A stretch of 64,000 nt of DNA from a bacterium (GCA_035380285.1 DAOSXE010000012.1:2954-66953), one strand, 5' to 3'. Shown: positions 8,170-16,862, numbered from the stretch's first letter. The notes: generated from the letters alone by a model not told the origin. Numbers and translations: made by a program.

Positions 8170-8503
8170 ATTCCAGGTTCCAGGTCCGGGCCAGCCACTG
8201 CAGATCGGCGGCTTCTCCGAGATCGGCCGCGTCCGCTTCGGCGTAATCGACCAGAAAATCGAAAATGAGACGGCGGCTCTCCCCGCTCCCGACTCCGGCC
8301 AGAAATTCCTGAAAACCTTCGATCGCGGGAAACTTCTCGTCCACCTCGTTGAAAAGCCGATGGTATTCCTCGTCCCCTAGTTCCCGAGCCACGCGGTCGA
8401 TGTAGGCGGTTTCGCCGGGGGTGGTGCGGAGATCGCTGAGGGTCAGCCACTTGATCGCCCCCACCAGGGCCAGTTTTTCGTCATGAGTCAGTCGGGAAAA
8501 CAT
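8168..8503 (-). CDS. Small acidic cytoplasmic protein (helical, TerB-like suspected)
   Basis: ORF 8168..8503, 111 aa, rich in D/E, with no signal peptide. It begins 11 nt downstream of the C1 protease gene. The fold assignment is a guess from the sequence pattern. Confidence 0.6.
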   Translation of the reverse strand: MFSRLTHDEKLALVGAIKWLTLSDLRTTPGETAYIDRVARELGDEEYHRLFNEVDEKFPAIEGFQEFLAGVGSGESRRLIFDFLVDYAEADAADLGEAADLQWLARTWNLE

Positions 8504-8514
8504 TTCCGCCCTCC

Positions 8515-9309
8515 TTAACGGTCGGCACTTTTCCGTTCGCGAATCAACGCCAGCAGCTGCGGATCGGCGATAAGGTCCGTCGCGCTCCAGGCGTCCAGGC
8601 AGTAGTTCATCATGTAATCATATCCGAGGCAACCGTATCCTCGCTCTCCCCAGGATTCGCCCCAGGAGTTTTTGAACTTGAAATACCTTCCCTCCCGGCT
8701 GTATCCGACAACGCAGACGGCATGGCCGCCGAGCGGCCCCGAACCGTCGGCAGGGTCGGGAATGAGGCCGCCGGGAGCGTCGAACCACTCGGGAAAAACC
8801 TCCACCCCGGCCAGAAACGGGCCGTTGACGGCCAGGCTGCGCTCCATTTCGGCGGGACCGGAAAGCCGGACATAGGTGCCGATCCGGTAAGAAGCGGCCT
8901 GGGCATCGGCTTCCCCGCAGGGCGCGTCGCTCTGGTAGGGGCGGTAGGGCCAGCAATCCTCCCGGCATACCCCTTTTTCGGACAGGATTTTCATGGCCGT
9001 CCGGGGGTAGGTGCCTTCCTGATGCGGAATCCCGTCTTCCCGCTTGCAGGCGGCGTAGAGATAACGGGGGGAAAGCTCGATCAGGGTCCCGTGCTCCTTT
9101 TTCTCCTGGTATTCCTTCACCCCGACCACGGCGGCGAAACCGACGCAGGTTCCTTCTTCCCCCTGATCGCGAACCGGACTCATCCGGGAGGCGTAGTCGA
9201 TCTCTTCCGGCGCGGCCAGGCGGGGTAGGACGAGGGAGACGGGAATGTCCCTCCGGTCGTCGGGATCCTTGAGGCAACCCAGCCCGTAAACTCGCTTCCT
9301 CCGATTCAT
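8515..9309 (-). CDS. Papain-family (C1A) cysteine protease, no signal peptide
   Basis: Catalytic motifs are present: VRDQGEEGTCVGFA (Gln/Cys), GGHAVCVVGY (His) and KNSWGESWGERGY (Asn-Ser-Trp). The ATG overlaps the upstream stop (ATGA at 9306-9309). Confidence 0.9.
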   Translation of the reverse strand: MNRRKRVYGLGCLKDPDDRRDIPVSLVLPRLAAPEEIDYASRMSPVRDQGEEGTCVGFAAVVGVKEYQEKKEHGTLIELSPRYLYAACKREDGIPHQEGTYPRTAMKILSEKGVCREDCWPYRPYQSDAPCGEADAQAASYRIGTYVRLSGPAEMERSLAVNGPFLAGVEVFPEWFDAPGGLIPDPADGSGPLGGHAVCVVGYSREGRYFKFKNSWGESWGERGYGCLGYDYMMNYCLDAWSATDLIADPQLLALIRERKSADR

Positions 9310-11384
9310 TGCACCCCTCCTTGCGCAGCGCCCCCGCCGGGAGCGGTTCCGTTATCGGCCCGATAAACCCGGACCTCGAAATTGGCGTCGGGTGATTCGC
9401 GGTCGGGGCGGGCGGGCAGATGATCCCAACAGCGTTCCCAGATAACCGAATGCAGGGGTATCGTTTGTCTCAAGGTGAAGTTCAAACCGGTCCCGGAAGG
9501 GGGAGCCCCGTCGGTAAGGTAGTAGATCCCGCCGGGGAGGGAGTGTCCCCGGGTAAGAATCCGGAACCCGGCCGCCACCCCGTCCCGGTCGTCCCGGTAG
9601 AGCGGAAGCACCCGACGCCCCAGGGCCAGATCGAGGTAGGTGGGGACCTTGTCCACAAAACCGCCTCCGGCCAGGACCGGCGCGTCGGCCTTGATCTCTC
9701 CCGCCAACCACCGGGCGAACCCCAGAGCGCCGGCGTACTCCCGATGGAACCAGATGGGCCGGGACGCCAGGGCGGTGAGGACCGCGGTCAGCACGAAAAC
9801 GAGGGAGGCCGGCCCGCGCAGCCTCCGGCTGGAAAACCCCCGAGTCAGGGCGGCGGCGGCGAAAGCCACCCCCCCGGGGATGACGACCACGATATAGCGT
9901 CGAACCGCCCACATATAGCAGAAATGGATGAGTTGCTGCCAGAGGAAGAGCCCTCCGAAAACCAGCAGCACCAACAGGAGAAACCAGCGGGACGGCGACC
10001 GGTCCGCCGCCACCTGTCCCGCCATGCCCGCCAGGGCCAGGACGAGGCCGGGAACGGTGAGGAACCAGCCCAGCTCCAGGAAGTTGGTCCGTTCCGGATT
10101 TTCGACCCCGAGCCCCGGCCGGACGCAATAACCGAATATCGCGGCCGCCACCAGAACCAGCGCGACCGCGAGGCGGCATCGCTTCCCGGAGACCAGGGAG
10201 GCCAGGGCGCGGCGGGTACCCCGGCCCGAAAACCGGGCCGCCGCCAGACTCAGGACCAGGATCCCGGCGGCGACAAGCAGGATGCGCGATCCCGCCAGCT
10301 GAGCCGCCGCCAAGCGGGCATACCCGAATCCGAAGAAAACATGGGGAAGGAGGGAGAAACCCAGGCCGGCCAGCGCGGGGACCAGAAACCAAAGGTCCCG
10401 CGGGCGGAAAACCAGAAACCAGCGGCCGTAGTAAAAAAGAGCCAGGGGCAGCAGGAGCAGGGCGGAACTGATGTGGGAGACGAAAAAACATCCGAAAAAA
10501 ACTCCGGCCAGCAGTCCGGTTCTCCGCCCCGATCGTTTATTGAACGCCGCGAAACAGTAGAGCCCGGCAAAGAAAAGGAACTGGCTGAGTATTTCGCTGG
10601 TAGGGAAGCGCGCCTGCCAGATTTCGGCGACGTTGAGGGAGAGAAGCAACGTCCCCGCCAGGGCCGTCCGCCATTCCCAGAGCCGGCGCAGGGCCAGAAA
10701 GAAGGCGCATAAGGCCATCAGGCCCGCCAGGGGATTGAGCCAGAACATCCCGGCCAGCCCCGCCCAACGGTAGAAAACGGCCAGCCAGAGGGGGAAGAGG
10801 TGGTAGAACTGGGGGATAAGGCGACCGGGGCGGGAGGGATCGAGACGAAAGCCCGGATACTTCTCCAAGTACCCGGAGCTGTGCCGGGCGGCGAAGGCGT
10901 CGAGTTCGCCCGGAGTCAGAGCGGCGATAACCGGATCGTCGATCGCCAGTTTCCCCGTCCGTTCCAGATGGATCCCGGTGTTGACGTAAACTCCGGGGTC
11001 CCATCCCCCGAACAGGTAGGGGACCGGGCGGGCGAAGAACAGCGCCGCCAAGACCAGGACGCCGGGCAGGATCCAGCGGGGGGGGCGGCCGGGGGGCGGC
11101 GGGGGAACGCTCCGCAGGCGGGGTCGGGCCAGGAGCATGACCGACAGCGAGTAGAGGGCGTCCGCCAAAGCCAGCCCGGAGACCGAGAAAATCCCCAGAT
11201 AAGCCATGATCAGCCCCAGCACCGAAGAAACGCAGAAACTGACCGCCACCACCAGGAAACAGCATTCCCCCCTGGTGGAGTACGGCAGACGGAGGCGTTT
11301 GCCGGGCAGCCCCAGGGTCAACGCCCCGGGAAAAACCAGCAGAAGAACAACCTCCAGGATGATGACCAAGAGCTCAACCAACAT
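9306..11384 (-). CDS. Large polytopic membrane protein, GT-C-like (PMT/ArnT-type) glycosyltransferase candidate
   Basis: ORF 9306..11384, 692 aa, with more than 12 hydrophobic segments plus a roughly 130-aa C-terminal soluble domain. Function is inferred from architecture only. Confidence 0.55.
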   Translation of the reverse strand: MLVELLVIILEVVLLLVFPGALTLGLPGKRLRLPYSTRGECCFLVVAVSFCVSSVLGLIMAYLGIFSVSGLALADALYSLSVMLLARPRLRSVPPPPPGRPPRWILPGVLVLAALFFARPVPYLFGGWDPGVYVNTGIHLERTGKLAIDDPVIAALTPGELDAFAARHSSGYLEKYPGFRLDPSRPGRLIPQFYHLFPLWLAVFYRWAGLAGMFWLNPLAGLMALCAFFLALRRLWEWRTALAGTLLLSLNVAEIWQARFPTSEILSQFLFFAGLYCFAAFNKRSGRRTGLLAGVFFGCFFVSHISSALLLLPLALFYYGRWFLVFRPRDLWFLVPALAGLGFSLLPHVFFGFGYARLAAAQLAGSRILLVAAGILVLSLAAARFSGRGTRRALASLVSGKRCRLAVALVLVAAAIFGYCVRPGLGVENPERTNFLELGWFLTVPGLVLALAGMAGQVAADRSPSRWFLLLVLLVFGGLFLWQQLIHFCYMWAVRRYIVVVIPGGVAFAAAALTRGFSSRRLRGPASLVFVLTAVLTALASRPIWFHREYAGALGFARWLAGEIKADAPVLAGGGFVDKVPTYLDLALGRRVLPLYRDDRDGVAAGFRILTRGHSLPGGIYYLTDGAPPSGTGLNFTLRQTIPLHSVIWERCWDHLPARPDRESPDANFEVRVYRADNGTAPGGGAAQGGVQ

Positions 11385-11405
11385 GCGCTGCTTTCCCCGG
11401 GCGCG

Positions 11406-11414
11406 ATTGTACCA
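11406..11414 (-). promoter_or_regulatory. Extended -10 element TGGTACAAT
   Basis: Minus-strand read: CACGTGGTACAATCGCGCCCGGGGAAAGCAGCGCATG. It shares GTGnTACAATCGCG with the element at 4889-4900. Confidence 0.4.
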
Positions 11415-11447
11415 CGTGCCCCCCCGTCAGGTAACCGCGAAGCCGGG

Positions 11448-14186
11448 TCAGGGGATAACGGCGCAGGCCGCGTCCAGGTCGAAACCGGAAGCCCCGGTCC
11501 CGGACAGCGCGTCCATCTCCGCGGTGTGCCGGACCAGGTCTCCGTTCTCGTCTTCCAACCAGAGGTCCCCGGTGGATTGGATGCGGATGTATTGAATCCA
11601 GTCCAGCCCCAGTTCGGAGATGTCGAACTGGTCGCCCCCGGAAACGGAGGGGTCGGTCGGATCGGGATAGCCGCCGTTGCTGTATACCGGATTGACGCCG
11701 GCGAAGCCCCGGTTGTAATTGTAGGGGTTGCTGAGATCCGAAGTCGGAAAATAATTGAAGGGGAACCGCTTCCAGTCGATCCCGTTGCGGCTGACCGAAA
11801 CCACCGCCGGCTCCATCCAGCGCCGGGCTTCGCCCCCGTCGTAAAGATAGAACACGTTTTCGAAGACGCTGAAGTCCTCTCCGGTCCCATCCGCGATGAG
11901 GTTGTCGAATTTGAGGGTTATGCTCCCCCCGTAGGGTGGCCCCTCGGGGTCGCCGGCCCGGAGCGCGTGCAGGGGCGCCACGTCCCGGCTCCCCTGCCAG
12001 GAACCGCCCCCCCGGGGAACCCCCAGACATTTTTCCGGATCCCCGGCGGACGCCGGGTCGAGGGGGGCATAGTCGACGACGTGGTCGGCGCAGGGGTCGT
12101 TCTCGCCGTTCAGGCTCACCGGTAACGGCACGGCGGAAACCACGGTCTCTTCGCCCAGCGGGCCGGGGAGGCCGGCGAGGTCGTAGACCACGACCGCGTA
12201 ATGGTAGGCGGACCCGTCTTCCAGGCCCGTATCCAGGTACGATTCCCCCCCCCCCACGTAGACTTCCTCCCCGTCGAGGGGACCGCGGGGGACGTGCAGG
12301 GAATTGCGTATGACCGAAATTTCCCGGAACGGTTCGTGCGGGTTGTCCCAGGCCAAGCCCACCGTCCGCGAAGATACCGCGCAGGAGAGCGCGGCGATTT
12401 CCAGTTCCCCCTGCGCCGGGCTCGGCGTCGTCTTCGGCGTGGGAACGCCTCCGGCGGGGGTCGAAGTCCGCCGGGGGGACGGCGTCGTGCCCGGGGTGGG
12501 GGAGACCGGCTCCGGAGTCTGCCGCGGAGTGGGCGTGGGGGTGGGCCCGGTCAGAACCTTCATCTGAAAATCGCCGGCGATTTCGCCGCCGCCCGAGTCT
12601 GCGACCAGGACGCGGAAAGAGAAGAAGGAAGCCTCGGCATAAGCGTCGGAAACGGTTCCGAAGATGATGCCGGCGTTGGGGTCGAGAACCAGGTATTCGG
12701 GCAGCGAACCCGAGACCAGCGAAAACGTATAGGGGGGGCTCCCTCCCGTGACTCCGACCTCGAACTGGTATTCCCGGCCGATGCGGACCTCGGCCTCGTC
12801 CGAGCCGCCCGGATACAGTCCGGTCAACTGAACCTGTTCGTAACCCACCGTCAAACGGAAATCGGCCTGGGCGGTCAAGCTCCGCCGGTCCGCGGCCAGG
12901 ATACGGAGATCGAAAATACCCGCTTCTTCGGGGATCCCCCCGATCTCCCCGGAAGCGGAGGCCAGGTAGAGTCCCGGAGGGAGATTCCCGACGGAGACGG
13001 TCCAGGTATAGGGAGGCGTTCCCCCTTCGGCCGTCAGGCTCTGGGCGTATAAAGACCCTCGAACCGCCGGAGCCAATTCCCGGGTGGTGATTTTAAACCC
13101 GCCGTACAGGCCCCCCGGCCCCTCGGGCCCGGCGATCGCAAGAAGAAAATCGCGCTCGGCCTGACGACCCTGAGAATCCTGGGCCCGGACGGTGAACCGA
13201 TATTCCCCCTCTTCCGAGGAAGTCCCGGCGACGATCCCGCGGGAGCCGTCCAGGGCGCAGCGGGGAGGCAGTTCGCCGGCCAGCAGTCTCCAGGAGTAGG
13301 GGGGGACGCCGCCCTCAGCGCGCAGGGCGCAGGAATAGGGCTCCCCGATCGTTCCGGGAGGAAGCGCCTCGGTGACGATCCGGAAAACGCCCTCGGCGAC
13401 CCGGAGGGTGAAGTTGGAGGTATCGGAGTCGCCTCCCCGGTCCGCGACTTCGAAACTGACCTCGAAATCGCCCAACTCCCGGGGAAGCCCCAGCAGCACT
13501 CCTCGGCGCGGCTGCAGCCGGATATCTCCGGGAAGGCTTCCGGAGACCAGCGCCCACGAATACGGAGGAGTTCCGCCCTCCGCCGAGAGCGGCGACTGAT
13601 ACCAAACCCCCAGGACCGCCGGAGGGAGGTCTTCGGTGACGATAACCGGCCCGGGCGCGGAACCGGGAGAATCGACCCGGACGATCATGCGCATGGCCCG
13701 GCGCGCCCTCCGCCCGCCGCCCTCGCGGACCGCCACGGTAAACCGCCATTCCCCGCCGTCCTCGGGTACCCCGGCGATGGTCCCGTCCTCGGCCAGTTCC
13801 AACCCGGGGGGAAGTTCGCCCGCGGCCAGAAACCACCGGGCTTTTCCCCGGGCCCCACGGACCTGAAGCCGGAATTCGTAGGCCGTCCCCACCACGCCCA
13901 TGGGGATATCGAGAGAAACGATCTCCAGGGGGGGGAGCGTGGGAGCGGGGCGGGGGGTCGCCCGACCGTCGGCACGGTTTCGCGGCCTCCCCCGGAGAGG
14001 CGCCCCCCGGCGCTGTTCCAGGTAGGGGTTTTTCGCCCGGGAAGCTTCCCGTTCGGCGGCTTCCCTCCGCCGCGCGGAGGCCCGGGAAGGGAACAGCAGG
14101 TCCTCCCCGGGACCGAACACGAAAGCGGCCGCCGCCGCCAGCACCAGGATCGAAACCGGAAGCAGCCTTTTCCAATCCGCTCTCAC
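11448..14186 (-). CDS. Cell-surface protein with about six Ig-like (He_PIG-type) repeats, Pro/Thr linker, FN3-like domain and an unknown C-terminal domain
   Basis: ORF 11448..14186. The GTG start gives the signal anchor RADWKRLLPVSILVLAAAAAFVFG. Repeated units match the pattern GGTPPYSW..VSGSLPPGL.L....G.I.G.P...G.F.F.V.V.D. The linker reads TGPTPTPTPRQTPEPVSPTPGTTPSP. Confidence 0.8.
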   Translation of the reverse strand: MRADWKRLLPVSILVLAAAAAFVFGPGEDLLFPSRASARRREAAEREASRAKNPYLEQRRGAPLRGRPRNRADGRATPRPAPTLPPLEIVSLDIPMGVVGTAYEFRLQVRGARGKARWFLAAGELPPGLELAEDGTIAGVPEDGGEWRFTVAVREGGGRRARRAMRMIVRVDSPGSAPGPVIVTEDLPPAVLGVWYQSPLSAEGGTPPYSWALVSGSLPGDIRLQPRRGVLLGLPRELGDFEVSFEVADRGGDSDTSNFTLRVAEGVFRIVTEALPPGTIGEPYSCALRAEGGVPPYSWRLLAGELPPRCALDGSRGIVAGTSSEEGEYRFTVRAQDSQGRQAERDFLLAIAGPEGPGGLYGGFKITTRELAPAVRGSLYAQSLTAEGGTPPYTWTVSVGNLPPGLYLASASGEIGGIPEEAGIFDLRILAADRRSLTAQADFRLTVGYEQVQLTGLYPGGSDEAEVRIGREYQFEVGVTGGSPPYTFSLVSGSLPEYLVLDPNAGIIFGTVSDAYAEASFFSFRVLVADSGGGEIAGDFQMKVLTGPTPTPTPRQTPEPVSPTPGTTPSPRRTSTPAGGVPTPKTTPSPAQGELEIAALSCAVSSRTVGLAWDNPHEPFREISVIRNSLHVPRGPLDGEEVYVGGGESYLDTGLEDGSAYHYAVVVYDLAGLPGPLGEETVVSAVPLPVSLNGENDPCADHVVDYAPLDPASAGDPEKCLGVPRGGGSWQGSRDVAPLHALRAGDPEGPPYGGSITLKFDNLIADGTGEDFSVFENVFYLYDGGEARRWMEPAVVSVSRNGIDWKRFPFNYFPTSDLSNPYNYNRGFAGVNPVYSNGGYPDPTDPSVSGGDQFDISELGLDWIQYIRIQSTGDLWLEDENGDLVRHTAEMDALSGTGASGFDLDAACAVIP

Positions 14187-14192
14187 CGGCCG

Positions 14193-14201
14193 ATCTTACC
14201 A
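14193..14201 (-). promoter_or_regulatory. Extended -10 element TGGTAAGAT, 6 nt upstream of GTG 14186
   Basis: Minus-strand read: GGGGAAATTGGTAAGATCGGCCGGTGAGA. No Shine-Dalgarno sequence lies between it and the start codon. Confidence 0.4.
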
Positions 14202-14237
14202 ATTTCCCCGGCTAATAAACAGGGCGGGGATCGCCTC

Positions 14238-16793
14238 TTAGCGCGCCAGGGGGACATCGCCCTCCCCTCCGAAATAAAACCTGGTTTTTCCCCGAACCGC
14301 CCACAAGCCGGAGGTTCCTCGAAAAACGGCGGGGTCGGCGGTGCCGTCGCCGTCCCAATCGACCACCACCGGAAGGTCCGATTCCCTACCGAAATGCAGC
14401 CGGGTGACGCCGCGGACGGCCCAGAGCCCGCCGCGGGGGCGGAATATCGCTATGTCCGCCTTCCCGTCGCCGTCGAAATCCCCTCTCAGAGGAACGTCCT
14501 CCTCCGACCCGAAAAACACCCGGTCGGCGCCGATCCGCCACAACCCCGACGCGGCGCGGAAAACGGCGGCGCATACCTCGGGACCCGTCCAGGGGGCGGG
14601 GAGGGGGGTATCTTCTTCCCGGCCGAAATAAAACCGGCTTATCCCCCGCACGTTCCAGAATCCGGCGGAGGCCCGAAAAATCGCGGCCGCGGCGGACGCG
14701 TCGCCGGCCCAGGCCGCGGGGACGGGGGTGTCGCCGGCACGGCCGAAATAAAAACGGGTGTCGCCCCGGACCGCCCAGAGTCCGGCGCCGGGACGGAAAA
14801 CCGCGGGCAGGTCCCCGAAACCGTGGGCGCCGAAGAAGGGAAGATCGCCGGCGGCACCGAAAAACACCCGGGTCGTTCCCCGCAGCCACCACGCCGAAAC
14901 GCCGGGACGGTAGATCCCGACCGCGGCGGGGACGGGATCGGCGAGGTCGATTTCCGAGATCGAGGAGTTGTAGTTGGCGTAACTCGTGCACAGCACCCCC
15001 AAAGTTCCCCCCGGCGCGATCGCCAGGGTCCCGGGAGCGTCGTCGCTGCAAGCCACGACACGCGGGTCCGAACCCGCTTCTTCGAGCAGGCAGACGTTTC
15101 CTTGATAGGAAGAATAAAACAAGCCCCGGTCGCTCCAGGCCATCCCCGAACAGGGCTGGGAACTCTCCTCCAGCCAGGCGATCCCGTCGCTGGCGACCAG
15201 CGGCACTCCCGAACTCAGGGCCTGGTCGATCCGGGAACGCCCGAAGCGGACGACCTGGGGACTGGCGGGGGCGGCGAAGCCGTAGTAGAGGTTCCCCTCG
15301 CCGTCCACCGCCACCGGCCCGGAATAGCCGCCGACGTCGGCCAGGGGCACGGGGCCGGCCTCGCTGCCGACAGTCCAACAGTAAAGCCGATTGCCGGGCT
15401 GGAAGGTAGCCGCGCTGGGGTTGGCGGAGAGAAACATCCTCCCGGCGCCATCGACGGCGCAGTCGTAGTTGCCCGTCAGGTCGAACCCTTGCCGGGGAAA
15501 GGAGCCGATCCCGCGGCCGCCCCCGGGAATCGTGAAGAGCGGGCGCCCCGGTTCGCTGCCGTCGCAGGGGACGCTCAACACCCGGTTGGTGGCGCTTTCC
15601 CCGAAGTAGACGGTTTCCCCGAAGACCCGCACGAAACTGCCGTAGTACCAGGGGTCGCCGAAGTCGTACAGGGTCTGCGAAGAAAATCCGGGGTTCTTGA
15701 CCAGGTAGCGGGCGCCGACGAAGGCGTACAGGTTGCCGGCAGCGTCGTAATCGAAGGCCTGCAGCCCCGGGACCCATTCCGTCGGTATCCCCAGACCCCC
15801 GGCGAGCAGGCCGCATTCCCCCGTGGAAGCCGTGAGCAGGGGGGCGCAATCCATGAGGAAAACGGTGCTGCCGTAGTCGGTCCAGTCGCTGGCGACCACG
15901 GCGATCTCGCCGGGCGCGGCCACGGCCACCGGCCCCAGGGAACCGGGCGCCGCGCCGCCGAATGCCTGCAGCCGCCCCGGCGAACTCTCTCTCCAAAGCT
16001 CGCCGCCGCTGGTGGCGACCAGAATCCCGGCCGCGGCGTCCGCCCCCGAAAGCCCGCTGGGGGCGTAGATCCCCGACGCCGCCAAACCGGCGTCCAGAAC
16101 GGTCAGGACCGGACCTCCCGCGACCGCGGCCGCGACCTGGGAGGCGCTCCAAACCGCGACACTTTCCGGGCGGGGAGGATAACTGCGGTAGAGACCGTAG
16201 TAGAGGTTGCCTTCGGGGTCGAAATCCAGGGGCCCGGAATAGCCGCCGGGACGAGCCACCGGAAAGGGCTCGCCCGATCCCGGCCAGCAGTAGATCCGGT
16301 TTCCCGCCCCGTCGGGGTTGGCGCTGACGAACATGCGCCCGGCGGGATCGAAGGCGCAGTCGTAGTTGTAGGCCAGGGCGAAATCGGAGCCGCGCCGGCG
16401 GGGAGGCGGGAGCCGGAAGAGGACCCGGGACTCCCCGGAACCGTCCCGCGGAACCGAGCGGACGCTGCCGTAGCTGCTTTCTCCGAAGTAAACGGTCCGG
16501 CCGCGGATGGCGACGAAACTCCCATAGACGTCGCTCTGGTAGGAGAACAGAACTTCCGGCACCCCTCCCTCGTACTCCAGGGAATACAGGGCGCTGTCGT
16601 GGATGTAGACGACTCCATCGGAGTCGGCGTCGAACCCCTCGATACCCGCTTTCCACCGGGAGGGATCGCCCGGAAGAGAGATCAAGGCCCGGGCGACGTG
16701 CCCGGGCGGAGGGGTAAAGTCCGGATACGCGAGCGCGCCGGCGGCGCCCCACAGAACCGCGGCCGCGGCCCCGACTGACAACCCTGTCTTCAT
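14238..16793 (-). CDS. Secreted 851-aa protein with two beta-propeller-like modules and six C-terminal FG-GAP-like repeats
   Basis: ORF 14238..16793. GGGAGG lies 5 nt before the ATG. The signal peptide is MKTGLSVGAAAAVLWGAAGALA. The internal duplication shows in VYFGESSYG...NYDCAFDPAGRMFVSANP...GNLYYG versus VYFGESATN...NYDCAVDGAGRMFLSANP...GNLYYG. Confidence 0.85.
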   Translation of the reverse strand: MKTGLSVGAAAAVLWGAAGALAYPDFTPPPGHVARALISLPGDPSRWKAGIEGFDADSDGVVYIHDSALYSLEYEGGVPEVLFSYQSDVYGSFVAIRGRTVYFGESSYGSVRSVPRDGSGESRVLFRLPPPRRRGSDFALAYNYDCAFDPAGRMFVSANPDGAGNRIYCWPGSGEPFPVARPGGYSGPLDFDPEGNLYYGLYRSYPPRPESVAVWSASQVAAAVAGGPVLTVLDAGLAASGIYAPSGLSGADAAAGILVATSGGELWRESSPGRLQAFGGAAPGSLGPVAVAAPGEIAVVASDWTDYGSTVFLMDCAPLLTASTGECGLLAGGLGIPTEWVPGLQAFDYDAAGNLYAFVGARYLVKNPGFSSQTLYDFGDPWYYGSFVRVFGETVYFGESATNRVLSVPCDGSEPGRPLFTIPGGGRGIGSFPRQGFDLTGNYDCAVDGAGRMFLSANPSAATFQPGNRLYCWTVGSEAGPVPLADVGGYSGPVAVDGEGNLYYGFAAPASPQVVRFGRSRIDQALSSGVPLVASDGIAWLEESSQPCSGMAWSDRGLFYSSYQGNVCLLEEAGSDPRVVACSDDAPGTLAIAPGGTLGVLCTSYANYNSSISEIDLADPVPAAVGIYRPGVSAWWLRGTTRVFFGAAGDLPFFGAHGFGDLPAVFRPGAGLWAVRGDTRFYFGRAGDTPVPAAWAGDASAAAAIFRASAGFWNVRGISRFYFGREEDTPLPAPWTGPEVCAAVFRAASGLWRIGADRVFFGSEEDVPLRGDFDGDGKADIAIFRPRGGLWAVRGVTRLHFGRESDLPVVVDWDGDGTADPAVFRGTSGLWAVRGKTRFYFGGEGDVPLAR
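14241..14924 (-). repeat. Six tandem ~38-aa repeats (FRPxxGLWAVRGxTRxYFGxxGDxPVxxDxDGDG)
   Basis: Read from the translation of the last 228 aa of the 851-aa protein. The same module occurs at 61511..62245. Confidence 0.85.
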
Positions 16794-16830
16794 TCCCGCC
16801 TCCCGATGGTTGTTCGCGGCGCGGGAGGGG

Positions 16831-16862
16831 AAAAACCCACCCCCGCTTCAAGCAAGGGTGGG
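16831..16862 (-). terminator. Intrinsic terminator forming the riboswitch expression platform
   Basis: Minus-strand read: CCCACCCTTGC-TTGAA-GCGGGGGTGGG, an 11-bp stem including 2 G-U pairs, followed by TTTTT. It lies between the aptamer and the RBS of the 851-aa gene. Confidence 0.75.

Noticed and set aside
14202-14237. A short hairpin (GGCG-ATCCC-CGCC) followed by CTGTTTATT as a terminator between the 851-aa and 912-aa genes
   Set aside because: The stem is only 4 bp and the T-tract is interrupted. This is too weak to call, so operon continuity is left open.
14386-16851. 821-aa (minus strand) and 794-aa (plus strand, 14394-16778) ORFs overlapping the 851-aa gene
   Set aside because: These are Arg/Gly/Pro-rich alternative frames. 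Only the 14238-16793 frame has an SD sequence, a signal peptide and an internally consistent repeat architecture.
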